Of a stretch of 64,000 nt of DNA, positions 39,393 through 53,069 are shown piece after piece. Made by a program: the position numbers and the translations under genes. A model generated the notes under the pieces. It was not told where the DNA came from and ran no database searches. It saw only the letters and a list, made by a program, of their open reading frames with translations. The stretch spans positions 3,658,001 through 3,722,000 of the forward strand of contig NC_043021.1 of the NCBI RefSeq assembly GCF_006345805.1, in the 5' to 3' direction. This DNA is from Octopus sinensis (taxonomy: Eukaryota). Positions within the stretch are counted from its first letter, which is position 1. The number at the start of each line of letters is the position of its first letter.

Positions 39393-40944
39393 CTTTACAT
39401 GGTCACTCAACTACAAACCAGGGAAGGAAGTGCACAGGGTGGAAAGAAATAATACAAGAAAGGGAAGGGAAGAATATAAGCAAAGGAAGGAAGAATAGAA
39501 AGGAGGGAACAGAGGCCAACAGGGGAAACTTTCTTGGATTTCACGTGATTCCATACCACGATAATTTTCAAACTCTTTCATATATGCTGTGCCAACCCCA
39601 CTTTTCGCTAACTGCTCCTGATTCACGGAAAACTCACACCAAAGACAATTTACATAATTCTTTCTGAATATTTTGGGCTGTTTTATAATTAATATTATTA
39701 ATTGGGATTTTTGAACCATTGAAGACATTCACATCGTTTCTTTTACCTCTCTACAAACTGTGGGGCAATATCCTAACTAGTTAGATACAACAATAAAAAA
39801 TAAATATATATATATATATTATATATATATATATATATATAAAAAGAGATAAATTTATGGTCTATTTTGAGATATTGCTATGAAATAATAAGCTCAATGA
39901 AGTTTTCTTTACTTGATGGAAGTTGGCAATACATCTGGAAACATATCTCACTTAATATGAAATAATATACACTAGAGATAATTTGTTCAAGGTCTTTCAG
40001 AAACTAAATATTTAGCAAAACTCACAAGATAATTCTTCTCTTTCTGTTGCTGTATCTAAGGCGGAATACAAGCCATGCTTACAGTCCTACTATATTGCAC
40101 TGCTTCCTACCTTAAACCTGCTTTACTCACTTGCAAATTAGATTCATTCAAGATAAGGCTGCTCCCCTCTTCACCTTACATGCACCATATTAATATAAAT
40201 CATATCAGCAGGCAGGGGACTTCACAGAATCATTGGGCAGAATGTTTGCAGTATTCATTCTGACTTTATACATTCTGAGTTCAAACTCCGTCAAAGTCAA
40301 TTTTGTCTCTCATCTTTTTCAAGATCATTTAATAAAGTACCAGCCTAGTACTGCAGTGTAGACTTCTCTTCCTCACTTTCTCTCTGGAAGAATCTGGCAG
40401 TGTTCAAACGTGGAGAGGAATGGACCCTGCCATGTTTTAACGTTTCAGCATTCAGCTTACTCTGTCAAACATAATGCTTATTTATTCACATTGGTTTTGA
40501 ATGAATTATGCATTATCTTGTAGCTTTTGAGATTCCAATGACATGATCTTCTATTTTTAGACAGATTTTGTAAGGTAGGTGCAAGAGACCAGATCTGGCC
40601 AGTTTTAACATAAAATTGATAGAATATTTTAACATGGTGGTGAAGCATGAGCTTTGAACATTGGGCCTCATGGAGGCAATGACTGGTGACTGAGACCTTT
40701 GGCGATATGATGAGTGAAACCATAGTTGTGGATGATGCTGGTGTCATGTAAAAGCCGATGCCATGTAAAAGCACTTTTCAAAGAACTGGGCCTCATGGAG
40801 GCGATGTGGTCAATGCTGGTGCCATGTAACTAGTACCCATACCGGTGGCACATAAAAAGCACCTTTCGAGCTTTGGACCTCACGAAGGCAATGTGGCCGA
40901 TGTTGGTGTTGCGTAACTTGCACTTGTACTGGTGGTTCATCATC

Positions 40945-41425
40945 CTCATCATCATCGTTTAACGTCCGTTTTCTGCGCTAGCACGGGTTGGACGGTTCGA
41001 CCGGGGTCTGGGAAGCCAGGGGCTGCACCAGGCTCCAGTCTGATCTGGCAGTGTTTCTACAGCTGGATGCCCTTCCTAACGCCAACCACTCCGCGAGTGT
41101 AGTGGGTGCTTTTTACGTGCCACCTGTACAGGTGCCAGAGGGGTCTGGCATTGGCCACGATCGGTTGGTGCTTTTTATGTGCCACCGGCACAGAAGCCAG
41201 TCGAGGCGGGGCTGGCATCGGTCACGTTCGGATGATGCTTTTTATGTGCCACCGGCACAGAAGCCAGTCGAGGCGGCACTGGCATCGGCCACGTTCGGAG
41301 GGTGCTTTTTATATGCCACCGGCACAGAAGCCATTCGAGGCGGGGTTGGCATTGGTCACGTTCGAATGGTGCTTTTTATGTTCCACCGGCACAGGAGCCA
41401 GTCGAGGCGGCACTGGCAACGGCCC
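40945..41425 (-). mobile_element. SINE type C with about four 67-bp internal tandem units
   Basis: Units start at 41167, 41234, 41301, 41368; core and (CAT)n tail at 40945-41110. Confidence 0.88.
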
Positions 41426-41887
41426 CATAAAAGGAAAACTTGGTTAACTATATCAAACAACCAGATACCAATAAATCAAATAGAATTATCATCCAGGGTA
41501 ATTCCTCGTGACAAGTACGACAACTAGATTCAAATATCGCTTAGAAGAATTCCAAGAAATCCAGAGTATACGAGAACATGAACAAGAATATATAACTATT
41601 GCTGCCACTCACAAGAACGGCCTGGCAGCATGTACAATGTTTCAACTAATTGTTTCCAGTACCTATGTAGTTACAGACAGGCACTGACATCCTCTCCGTA
41701 CCCAGGCTCATGTGCTTCCGACCAACTTTCTATCTCTAGCAATTTCAGCAAGGTCATTACAAGCAAAGAAGCGAAAGGCCATTGTGGTACACAATAACCA
41801 AACCTGTATAATTTGCAACGGGTCTCATAAGGTAGAGACAATTTTTGTTTATTTTATTTATTCAACCAGAACTTCAAAAAAAGTTAT

Positions 41888-42050
41888 TGCGCAGGAGTGG
41901 CTGTGTGGTAAGTAGCTTGTTTACCAACCACATGGTTGCAGGTTCAGTCCCACTGCGTGGCATCTTGGGCAAGTGTCTTCTGCTATAGCCCCGGGCCGAC
42001 CAATGCCTTGTGAGTGGATTTGGTAGATGGAAACTGAAAGAAGCCCGTCG

Positions 42051-42106
<56 letters not shown>

Positions 42107-42298
42107 TCCCTCTAGCATTGCTTGACAACCGATGCTGGTGTGTTTACGTCCCCGTTACTTAGCGGTTCGGCAAAAAGAGACCGATAGAATAAGTACTGGG
42201 CTTACAAAATGAATAAGTCCCGGGGTCGAGTTGCTCGATTAAAGGCGGTGCTCCAGCATGGCCGCAGTCAAATGACTGAAACAAGTAAATAGTAAGTA
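41888..42298 (+). mobile_element. SINE-A, full length
   Basis: Same structure as the other SINE-A copies. Confidence 0.9.
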
Positions 42299-42714
42299 AA
42301 ACGAATTAACTTTACAAAAAAAAAAAATTACAAAGAAAAAAAAATGGAAAAGAAAAATTAATCAGCAGTTCTCCCCCCCCCCCTCTGCCACCATCACCCC
42401 AAGAAGAATTTTATAAGAAATCTTTTGGCAATCCCACATCTTTTTTAATTAGAAAACAAAATACAGGTTGAATTCATATCATTCTTCTTCCTTCTCCATG
42501 GGGCGTTGAACAGGCATGGCTATGAGGTAAGATGTTTGTGTCCCAACCACTTGGTTTTGGGTTCAGTCCCACAATGTGACACTCTGAGCAGATGTCTTGC
42601 ACAATGTCTGTCCAAAGCCTAGTGAGTGGATTTGGTAGAAAGAAAACTGAAAGAAGCCCATTGTGTATGGATGTCTACACACACATATATGCATATGAAT
42701 GTAGTTGTATAAAG

Positions 42715-42830
42715 AAGCGTTGATTGCTTAAAGTGGATGACACCTGTGGAAGAGGAAGACCCAGGAAGACATGGGATGAATTAGTGAGGAGCAATCTCTG
42801 GATGTTTGGACAAACAGAGATAACTGGTGT
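42715..42830 (+). mobile_element. RTE LINE C-terminal fragment inside a diverged SINE-A
   Basis: LKVDDTCGRGRPRKTWDELVRSNL; same family as 58480-58810. Confidence 0.6.
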
Positions 42831-42944
42831 TTGTTTGCTTATGTCCCTAGTAAAAAGTGATCTATAGAATAAGTACCAGACTTTTAAAAAAATAAGTCCT
42901 GGGGTTGATTTTGTTCGACTAAATCCTTTAAGGAATTGCCCCAG

Positions 42945-43240
42945 CAAAAGATGATCCTCTTAACTGGCACTCTGTCAATGGAACAGAGTTCTGCTCATGA
43001 AATTAAATTGCAAGTGGCTGAGCACTCCACAGACACATGTACCCTTAACGTAGTTCTCAGGGAGATTCAGCATGACACAGAGTGTGACAAGGCTGGCCCC
43101 TTGAAATACGTGTACTACTCATTTTTGCCAGCTGGGTGGACTGGAGCAATGAAAAATAAATGGCCTTACTCAAGGGCAAACTGCACCACCAGAAACCACA
43201 CTCGTGACTTTATGATCATAAGCTGAATAGCCACATGCCT
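42945..43240 (-). mobile_element. SINE type E
   Basis: Reverse complement of 31855-32170. Confidence 0.75.
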
Positions 43241-43489
43241 TCACAAACCCTCTTTATTAGACACAAAAATTAGTCTGCTTCGCCATCCGACCACTTCCAA
43301 TCCTCACAGCCACCACCGTGTGGGTCAGACAGAATTTTTGGGGGCAGATTTTCTACGGCTGGATGCCCTTCCTGTTGCCAACCCTCACCTGTTTCTCAGT
43401 TTTTCATGGAAGATTGGAAACAAACCCTACTTGTGTGATGATGATGTTCATTTACAACCATGACATGATGTCTTATCAAGGGTATATAT

Positions 43490-43926
43490 CATTCATCATT
43501 GTTCGACCGTGGTCGAGACAATGGAATTTACTATGTTACGCCAGACTTCACGGTCCATCATAGCATTACGGAGGTCCTGTTGCTGGATGCCTGTATGCCT
43601 GGAGATTACATCAGGGTAGGAGAGTGTGCGCCCTCTGGTATTGCGAGTAGATGGCTTCCAGAGGAGAAGAGTAGAAATTACCTCGTTTTCAGCTCTACAA
43701 CAATGTCCAGCAAACTGGACTCTCCTACCTTTCACAAGAGATGACACAGGTGGTAATTTCCCATATATTTGCATTTTGGTTGGATGGCGCTTCCACGAGA
43801 GATTTTGAGCTCTCATAAGGAGGCGAGTGTAGGTTCCATCCAACCGCCTCTCAAGCTTCTTTGATAACGTCCAGATTTCTGAGCCATATAGTAGAATTGG
43901 TTCGACTGTCGCTTTGAATATTCAAA
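43490..43926 (-). mobile_element. RTEX-like LINE, 3' end of ORF
   Basis: ...IYGKLPPVSSLVKGRRVQFAGHCCRAENEVISTLLLWKP...DREVWRNIV...* followed by a short TGA-type tail. Confidence 0.8.
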
Positions 43927-44424
43927 GGGTATATATACACACACACACACATGTAAACGAAACAGGCTTCTTTCAGTTTCCGTCTACCAAATCCACTTAC
44001 AAGGCATTGATCAACCTTGGGCTATAATAGAAGACACTTGCCCAAGATGCCATGCAGTGGGATTGAATCCAAGATGACAAGGTTGGGAAGCAAGTTTCTT
44101 AACGACACAGCCAGACCTGCATAATTTCATTATCCATGAGAAGATAAACTGCGAACTAGAGTTTACTGAAAACTTCCAAAACAACTACAAAAAAAAAAAA
44201 AAAAAGAAAATCTTTAGAAGCACCCGACTTTGAGGTTATTTAAGAGAGAGAGAGAGAAAGTTCTTTCACATTCTCCTGATTTCATACCTGTGTTTGTAAC
44301 AAGACAACAACAACTACTACTTCAACATCCGCAATTTTCTGATAAGAAGTAGCTGTCGATGTGTAAATAAGATAAACAACAAAAACAATGACGTAAAAGA
44401 GACAACTACCTAAATATATATACA

Positions 44425-44690
<266 letters not shown>

Positions 44691-45181
44691 GGAGAAAGAG
44701 AGGGAGGAGAGAGATGCTTTCAAAAATGGGAGGGATGATGATGATGGTGGTGGTGGGAGAAAGTGGCAATGAAAAATCTTATATGTTTTTCATATGCCAA
44801 AATCTTGTTTATTCAAATAATCACCAAGTTTACACCCCAAAACGATACTGAAAGCAAAAACACCTCAAAATGCAATGAGAAAAGATAGAGTGTGTATACA
44901 CACACACACACACATAGACATACATACATACATACACATACAGCCGTGTTACTTATTTCTTCTACATAAAGAATCGCAAGAATGGATGAGCAGTGCTTCC
45001 TTGAGCTAAATTGTACTGAACATATAGCATTAAATGTGACAACTGCAATGATGTTTATATCTATAAATTCTTATGGTTCTGTAATTTCATAATGGATATA
45101 TAGAGTGTGACCAGCATTTCATGTACATGCCCAACGGTCACACTCACATATTACATGCACACGCACATATATATATAATGT

Positions 45182-45494
45182 GGAGGCACGTGGCCTAGTG
45201 GTTAGAGCAGCGGACTCACAGTCAAGCGATCGTGGGTTCGAATCTCAGACCGGGCGATGTGTGTGTTTTTATGAGCGAAACACCTAAGCTCTACGCGGCT
45301 CCGGCAGAAAGTAATGGCGAAACTTCTGCTGACTCTTTTGCCACAACTTTCTCTCACTCTTTCCTCCTGCATCTTGCAGCTCACCTGCGACGGACCGGTG
45401 TCCCGTCCAGGTGGGGAACCTATACGCCAGGAAACCGGGAATCCGGCCCTTATGAGCCAGGCATGGCTCGAGAAGGAACAAACAAACAACAAAC
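45182..45494 (+). mobile_element. SINE type B2 with TSD ATATATAATGT
   Basis: TSD at 45171-45181 and 45495-45505; homologous to 21493-21794. Confidence 0.85.
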
Positions 45495-45749
45495 ATATAT
45501 AATGTAAGAGCTGTAAAGCTTATAAAAATATTTCTAATATTGTGCCAACATTATTTTAAATACAACTCGACACGTTAGTTATGTAGATAAATTGCTTTGG
45601 AAACTCTGTACAATGCAAGATGCAAATAGTTGAGTAAAAACAGAAATAAACAGTTTATATCTTCACATCAACACCAGAAGAAACCTGAACATATTTAAAA
45701 TTCACTACAACCAAAAATATACACACTTAAAAATGTACACTTGTAAAAT

Positions 45750-45920
45750 GTGAAACTGTGGTGGAAGCAGAGGACGGCTACTTTGGAAAAAACTTATCTC
45801 CCAGCCATAATCAAGTTGATATTTTAAGATTTAAAAAAAAATATGCTCTTATTTTGGAATGGGATATTTTATTTTATTTTCCTTTTATGAAAACTCAAAT
45901 TTATTCTGAATGCCCTGTAT
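45750..45920 (+). mobile_element. Tc1/mariner-like 3' end remnant
   Basis: TVVEAEDGYFGK (C-terminal VVEA.GGYFE-like motif), then TIR-like ...CTGAATGCCCTG-TA. Confidence 0.5.
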
Positions 45921-46329
45921 AATACATACAGTTATATATTCCTGAAGTATCAATATAGATCAAATATTGATGAAACAATTGTGAATTTTGTAATAAAACA
46001 ATTTGCTCACTCCATTCTCCTGGTGGATAATTGTATAAACTCTATGGATATTTATGGATTTTCAGAAATATGATCTGGAAAAGCAATCAATCTCTGATTT
46101 AAAGTTATATCTGATAGCCTGTACCTTCGATGAGCTTAACAGAGTAAACTCCAGGGTCAACATCCGAATGAAATTGATGTGTGTGTGTGAAATTGATGTG
46201 TGTGTGCATCTATGATTGATCAAATGATGTGGACATCTAGGCAGAACACAAAGTTTGGAAATTGATTAACGTTGTCCATCATTTTTCTCAGTCTATGGAG
46301 TAATAGTCAAAATTTGCTGTGTTGTATTT

Positions 46330-47068
46330 CTATTATCTAGCTGTGTGGTAACTGGCTTGCTTCCCAACCACTTTGTTCCAAGTTCAATCGCACTGTGGGG
46401 CATCTTGGACAAGTGTCTTTGACTATAGCCAACTAAAGCCTTGAGTGGATTTGGTAGATGGAAACTGAAAGAAGCCCAATGTATGTGTGTGTATGCACGT
46501 GTGTATTGGAATGCGTCTGTACCTACCAATGCTTGGCAACCAGTGTTGGTGTGTTTATGTCCCCATAATTTAGCAGTTCAGCAAAAGATACTGATAGAAT
46601 AAGTGTGAGACTTAACAAAAAATAAGTACAAGAGTCAATTCATTCAACTAAAAAATTGCTAAGGCAGTGCCCCAGCATGGCTGCAGTCTTAAGACTAAAA
46701 TAAGTATAAAAAAAAGATTATATCTATATAGGTGCAGGAGTGGTTGTACGGTAAGTAGCTTGTTTACCAACCACATGGTTCCGGGTTCAGTCCCACTGCG
46801 TGGCATCTTGGGCAAGTGTCTTCTACTATAGCCTCGGGCCGACCAAAGCCTTGTGAGTGGATTTGGTAGATGGAAACTGAAAGAAGCCCGTCGTATATAT
46901 GTATATATATATGCGTGTGTGTGTTTGTGTTTGTCCCTCTAGCATTGCTTGACAACTGATGCTGGTGTGTTTATGTCCCCGTTACTTAGCGGTTTGGCAA
47001 AAGTGACCGATAGAATAAGTACTGGGCTTACAAAAGAATAAGTCCCGGGGTTGAGTTGCTCGATTAAA
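46330..47068 (+). mobile_element. Two adjacent SINE-A copies: old (46330-46710) and younger, 3'-truncated (46729-47068)
   Basis: Two consecutive head-to-tail matches. Confidence 0.85.
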
Positions 47069-47117
47069 GCATTAGTATACCCATTAAAGCATTAATATAC
47101 CCATTAGTCCAAAATAT

Positions 47118-47150
<33 letters not shown>

Positions 47151-47651
47151 CACACACACACACACACACATGCATTGGTTTCAATTTTCAATGGCAATGC
47201 CCTAGCATAGCCACAGCTCTCAAGCAGAAACTAATAAAGAAAAAAAAAACATATAAACACAAACATACACACAAACATGTATATATTTTCTATTAATAAA
47301 ATGTGATATCCTGTATATTTAATCTTATCAGTGACTTAGTATGTTTGTATTGAATATTTTTTTTTCCCTTGAACACTTCCTACTTGAGATCAATGAATTA
47401 TGGCTTTCCCTCCCCTCCCCTCCCCATTGTCTCTGTTACATCATCTTTTTTACAGAAGATATGTTTCATCCTCAAGGTTTTTATTCACAGTCACATGATG
47501 CACTGTGTGTGTGTGTGTGTGTTTTATACACAGAGACGTTATCTTATACATAACTTGGACTGGTGTCTTCTACTATAACCTCAGTCTGACCAAAGCCTTG
47601 TGAGTGGATTCAGTAGACAGAAACTGAAAGAAGCCTCTGTGTGTATGTATG

Positions 47652-47733
<82 letters not shown>

Positions 47734-47734
<1 letters not shown>

Positions 47735-47926
47735 TACTTCGTGAGCACCGCCAGCAATTTTTTTTCCTCTGTCTTCCCTTCTCGGGATCTTTCCTTCTCC
47801 TTTGTTTCCGACGAAGAGCTCCGCTCGAAACATTAAACCCTCCTTCCCTGAGCGTCCAATAATACTTTATTTTGTTCCATGTCCTCGTGTTACTGTGTTT
47901 TTTTTTTTGTGTTTTCTTGTTTGGAT

Positions 47927-47930
<4 letters not shown>
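47734..47930 (+). mobile_element. (TA)n-flanked cassette with a mutated hammerhead motif
   Basis: Homologous to 53865-54058; GTTT-CCGACGA-A-GAGC-TCC-GCTC-GAAAC-ATT-AAAC at 47804-47838 (U4 to C, and the ACGT palindrome is broken). Confidence 0.7.
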
Positions 47931-47968
<38 letters not shown>

Positions 47969-49039
47969 TAGAGAGAGAGAATGGTTGTATACTGTCAATC
48001 TAACACGAACGTGACAGTAGGGGGGGGTACACCACCGCTGTTTAGCCCTAGGAAGCATCGACGCCTCCTGATGGCTTTGACACATTTTTCCTGTGTCCTT
48101 ATATACATTTACGAAGGGGAGACAAATACCCCCAGCCATCCGGTGAGGATACATGGCCTAGTGGTAAGGGTGTTGCACTCATAATTGTGAGATTGTGGTT
48201 TCAATTCCTAGGCAGGGTAGTGCGTTGTGTTCTTGAGCAAAACATTTCATCTCACATTGTTCTGCAATCACTTTGACACCTGACGTGTGGTGCACAGTGC
48301 ACCTGTTCAGGTAACGACGATTTGAGGGAGAGAGTGAGTTAATATACAGCACATACATTTGACCACTCATATGTCATCTTCAACAGGAGGGTCCATCGTG
48401 TGTGTGTGCGTGTCAGTTTGTTCCTCAGAACTGCTTGACAACCAATGTTGGTGTGTTTATGTCCCCATAAGTTAGTGGTTCAGTAATAGAGACCAACAGA
48501 ATAAATACTAAGCTTTAAAAAAAGTACTGGGCTCAATTCATTCAACTAAAAATTTTTCAAGGTGGTGCCCCAGCATGGCCACAGTCTAATGACTGAAACA
48601 AGTGAATGATCAATTTTATCATGTGACAAACCAGTAAAAAATAAAAGATGTGTGTGTGTGTGTGTACATTCAATCATTAAATGTTCATTTCCCATGCAAG
48701 CATGGATTGGACAGGGATGTATTCAAGACAGGATTTTATAGCATGGATGCTTTTCCTGCGACACAAACCTTACTTCATTTTCAAGGAAAGGATTTTTAAT
48801 ATTCCACTGGTCATCAGCAAATTTCTTGAGACCAGAATGTAAACATTCACTTTTTTGCTAAAAGAAAGCTGAGGTATATCACCATTCACACACATGCACA
48901 TGTATGACAATCGTCCTACAGTATTCCTCTACCAAATTCACTCACAAAGCATACATACATATAACACACACACACATTGTTTGAATGTGTGAGAGCTATC
49001 CCAATAGTTCATATCCTATCGCAGGAACATTGTTGTGTC

Positions 49040-49580
49040 GGAAATAGTAGTTGCGATACCTGTGCCGGTGGCACATAAAAAGCACCATCCGAACGTGGCC
49101 GATGCCAGCGCCGCCTCGACTGGCTTCCGTGCCGGTGGCACATAAAAAGCACCATCCGAACGTGGCCGATGCCAGCACCGCCTCGACTGGCTTCCGTGCC
49201 AGTGGCACATAAAAATCACCATCCGAACGTGACCGATGCCAGCCCCACCTCGACTGGCTTCTGTGCCGGTGGCACATAAAAAGCACCATCCGAACGTGGC
49301 CGATGCCAGCGCCGCCTCGACTGGCTTCCATGCCGGTGACACGTTAAAAGCACCAACCGATCGTGGACGATGCCAGACTCCCCTGGCACCTGTGCCGGTG
49401 GCACGTAAAAAGCACCCACTACACTCGTGGAGTGGTTGGCATTAGGAAGGGCATCCAGCTGTAGAAACACTGCCAGATCAGACTGGAGCCTGGTGCAGCC
49501 CCTGGTTTCCCAGACCCCGGTTGAACTGTCCAACCCGTGCTAGCGCGGAAAACGGATGTTAAACGATGATGATGATGAAC
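49040..49580 (+). mobile_element. SINE type C with four 67-bp units plus one 62-bp unit
   Basis: Units start at 49061, 49128, 49195, 49262, 49329; core and (GAT)n tail follow. Confidence 0.88.
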
Positions 49581-50604
49581 GATGATGAGAGACAGACAAG
49601 ATGCTGAACTTCCAATCACTTAAGTAGATATAACAGAGTTATGTTAGTATACTGCTGTAGGCAGTAGCAGCATTGTAACACATGTTATGAGTCATAACTA
49701 ATTCTTCTTGAGATGGAGCAACACTAACTCTGCTAATCTATTCTCTTGTTAAACATCCAGGAAGCCTTCAAGCCAATCATAATAGAGACCAGTCACACGA
49801 GGCACAGGTGTGGCAGCGTGACTAAGAAGCTTGCTTCCAAACCACATGGTTTCAGGTTCTGTCCCACTGTGTTGCACCTTGGGCAAGTGTCTTCCACTAC
49901 AGTCCCCAGTCCAAACAAAGCCTTGTTAGTGGATTTGGTAGATGGAAACTGAAAGCCCCCAGCCCCGCTAAACAATCCAAACCAACAGACACAAATACAT
50001 ACCTCACCAAGTCAACTACAACAACTCTTCCTCAAAAACTAACTCCTGTTCCACACACCTAATTATTACAAGTACATGGCAAAAAATGCACCAGCACCAA
50101 CCACCTGAAATCACTTCCAACCCAATGACATCACACCATCCACTCACCAATGAACAAATCAAAAGCACTTGTAGTGGCAATTCAAAACCAGATCCCTGGT
50201 TACACAGTCAAACACCACGAGCAAACCACCACAGTTTCACAGCAATCAATCTAATAACCAACCAATCAGCAGAAAGTGACAGCGTGGACAGGTTTTCTTG
50301 AACATTCTAGAATTTTACTTTGTCTCCTATAAAAACCATTCAGTGCACATTTTTACCAGCCAGATGACCCAGGAGGGTGGCTAAGACAGATGGTGCCAAT
50401 AGACAACAGTAACCTCCATCACCAAAAATATAGCACAATCGGTTCCAGTTATGTTGGGCAAGTGACATGTTGCTGTATCAAGAGCTCGTCGTAAACTCCA
50501 AGCAGTTTTTCTCTCTCCCACGTATGCAACCATTGCTGTTATCCATTTTGTCTACTGGGGCAATGAGGCAGTGTGATTTACAAGGAAATTGTAGGTTTCA
50601 CTCC

Positions 50605-50828
50605 TTGACCCTTTAGCATTTAAACTGGCCATATCCAGCCAAAATATTCTGCCTATGTTATGTTCAAACAGGTCAGACCTTGCCTCTCATACGTACCCTA
50701 CAATGTCATTCTAAAAATAATCACATCATCAAAATCTTGATGCTACAAGACAATTCACGATTAATTCAAAGCAATGTGAATAAATACGTATTACATTAAA
50801 AAAAATAATCTGAATGCTAAAGGGTTAA
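50605..50828. mobile_element. piggyBac-like MITE, subfamily 2
   Basis: TTGACCCTTTAGCATT...AATGCTAAAGGGTTAA. Confidence 0.72.
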
Positions 50829-51001
50829 AATACTTAGATCCTGTCGGAGGCTGTCAGATAAATTCATTTGTTTTTTTTTCATTTACTTTAATCCTTCCCA
50901 ATGTTACTTGAATTAAGATGAAAATAATTTTAATTAAGTTTTATGATCTTTTTCTTGTTTTCTTCTGTGTCACAGCTGTATTCTTCCTCCAAAACTTTTG
51001 T

Positions 51002-51212
51002 CTATTCTTTTACTCTTTTACTTGTTTCAGTCATTTGACTGCGGCCATGCTCGAGCACCACCTTTAGTCGAGCAACTCGACCCCGGGACTTATTCATTGT
51101 AAGCCCAGTACTTATTCTATCGGTCTCTTTGCCGAACCGCTAAGTGACGGGGACATAAACACACCAGCATCGGTTGTTAAGCAATGCTAGGGGGACAAAC
51201 ACAAACACATAA

Positions 51213-51248
<36 letters not shown>

Positions 51249-51363
51249 GACGGGCTTCTTTCAGTTTCCATCTACCAAATCCACTCACAAGGCGTTGGTT
51301 GGCCCGGGGCTATAGTATGTGGTTGGTAAACAAGCTACTGACCACATAGCCACTCCTGCGCCT
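51002..51363 (-). mobile_element. SINE-A with a deletion in the head
   Basis: GCTATAGT is joined to ATGTGGTTGG. Confidence 0.88.
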
Positions 51364-51838
51364 ATAACTGTTTTGAAATTTGAATAAATTTTACACCTTT
51401 AATGTGACTCACCCACCACATTACTCCCTTCCGTATATCACATGGATTCAGACCACAACATTTTACCATCACACTATTACTCGCAAACCAAACAAAGATA
51501 ATATGATAGCTTCAATAGCAACAAAAGGCCAACAGACATCATCCTAATTACCAGTGACATTAGCAAGGCTTTTCCCTACATTCCCTGCTGTCCACTTTAT
51601 ACATAAAATATTCAATACTTCCCTAAGATACAAACACAAAAGACTGGCCTGCAAACTACCAGCCAGCTTATGCAGTGCACAAAATAACACTTGTAAAATT
51701 CACAGCCCCCAACCACAAACAGAAAAAGAGTATGGTTAAAAAGCATGAGTATTCCTCATGGAGGACAGGTTAAAAAGCACGAGTATCCCTCATGCTTTTT
51801 AACCCATATCTACACAAACCCATACCTACACAAACTCA

Positions 51839-52242
51839 AGGTGCAGGAGTGGCTGTGTGGTAAGTAGCTTGTTTACCAACCACATGGTTCCAGGTTCAGT
51901 CCCACTGCGTGGCATCTCGGGCAAGTGTCTTCTACTATAGCCTCGGGCCGACCAATGCCTTGTGAGTGGATTTGGTAGACGGAAACTGAAAGAAGCCCGT
52001 CGTATATATGTATATATGTGTGTGTGTATGTTTGTGTGTCTGTGTTTGTCCCCCTAGCATTGCTTGACAACCGATGCTGGTGTGTTTATGTCCCCCGTCA
52101 CTTAGCAGTTCAGCAAAAGAGAACGATAGAATAAGTACTGGGCTTACAAAGAATAAGTCCCGGGGTCGAGTTGCTCGATTAAAGGCGGTGCTCCAGCATG
52201 GCCGCAGTCAAATGACTGAAACAAGTAAAAGAGTAAAAGAGT
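51839..52242 (+). mobile_element. SINE-A, full length; an older copy follows at about 52255-52625
   Basis: Same structure as the other SINE-A copies. Confidence 0.9.
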
Positions 52243-52626
52243 ATATCCTAGAAACATGTTGTGTGGTTAAGAAGTTTATTTTGCAACAACGTATTTCTGG
52301 TTCAATCCCCTGACATAGCACCTTGGGCAAGAGTCTTCTACTATAAGCTCCTTGTCAACCAATCCCTTATGAGGAATTTGGTAGACAAAAACTGTGTAGA
52401 AGCTTGACGTGTGTGTGTGTGTCTTTTTGTGTCCATGCCTGTCTCCCTCCCCACCACTTGATAATTTGTGTTGGTTTGTTTGTGTTCCTGTAACTTAGTG
52501 TTTCAGTAAGAGACTGATAGAAAAAGTACCAAACTTAAAAATAGGTACTGGAGTAGATCTGCTTGACTGAAACCCTTCATGGTGGTGCCCCAGCATGGTG
52601 ATAATCCATTGACTGAAACAACTAAT

Positions 52627-52811
52627 AAAAGAAAAAAACTTCATGCACAGGCGCAGGAGTGGCTGTGTGGTAAGTAGCTTGCTTACCAACCACATGGTTC
52701 TGGGTTCAGTCCCACTGCGTAGCACATTGGGTAAGTGTCTTCTGCTATAGCCCCGGGCCAACCAAAGCCAAGTGAGTGGATTTGGTAGACAGAAACTGAA
52801 AGAAGCCTGTC

Positions 52812-52842
<31 letters not shown>

Positions 52843-53038
52843 GGTCCCGGTTGAGTCGGGGTTAACCACAGTAAATAAGGTACTCAATACATAGCAGAGT
52901 AAATTAATTTATTTTATAGAAGGAGCTTCTACAGGACTAGAACTGTTTCATTCAAAAGAATCATCAGGCTTCCTGATGATTTCTTTTGAATGAAACAGTT
53001 CTAGTCCTGTAGAAGCTCCTTCTATAAAATAAATATAT

Positions 53039-53069
<31 letters not shown>

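Noticed and set aside
41450-41860. Possible BEL/Pao gag remnant (CIICNGSH)
   Set aside because: One partial zinc-knuckle-like motif in broken frames; no LTR or pol evidence
49061-49390. CRISPR-like regular array with a palindromic repeat (also 41167-41425, 55615-55920, 25297-25578, 29657-29948)
   Set aside because: Intervening sequences are near-identical rather than unique spacers, there are no cas genes, the context is eukaryotic, and the arrays lie inside SINEs or MITEs
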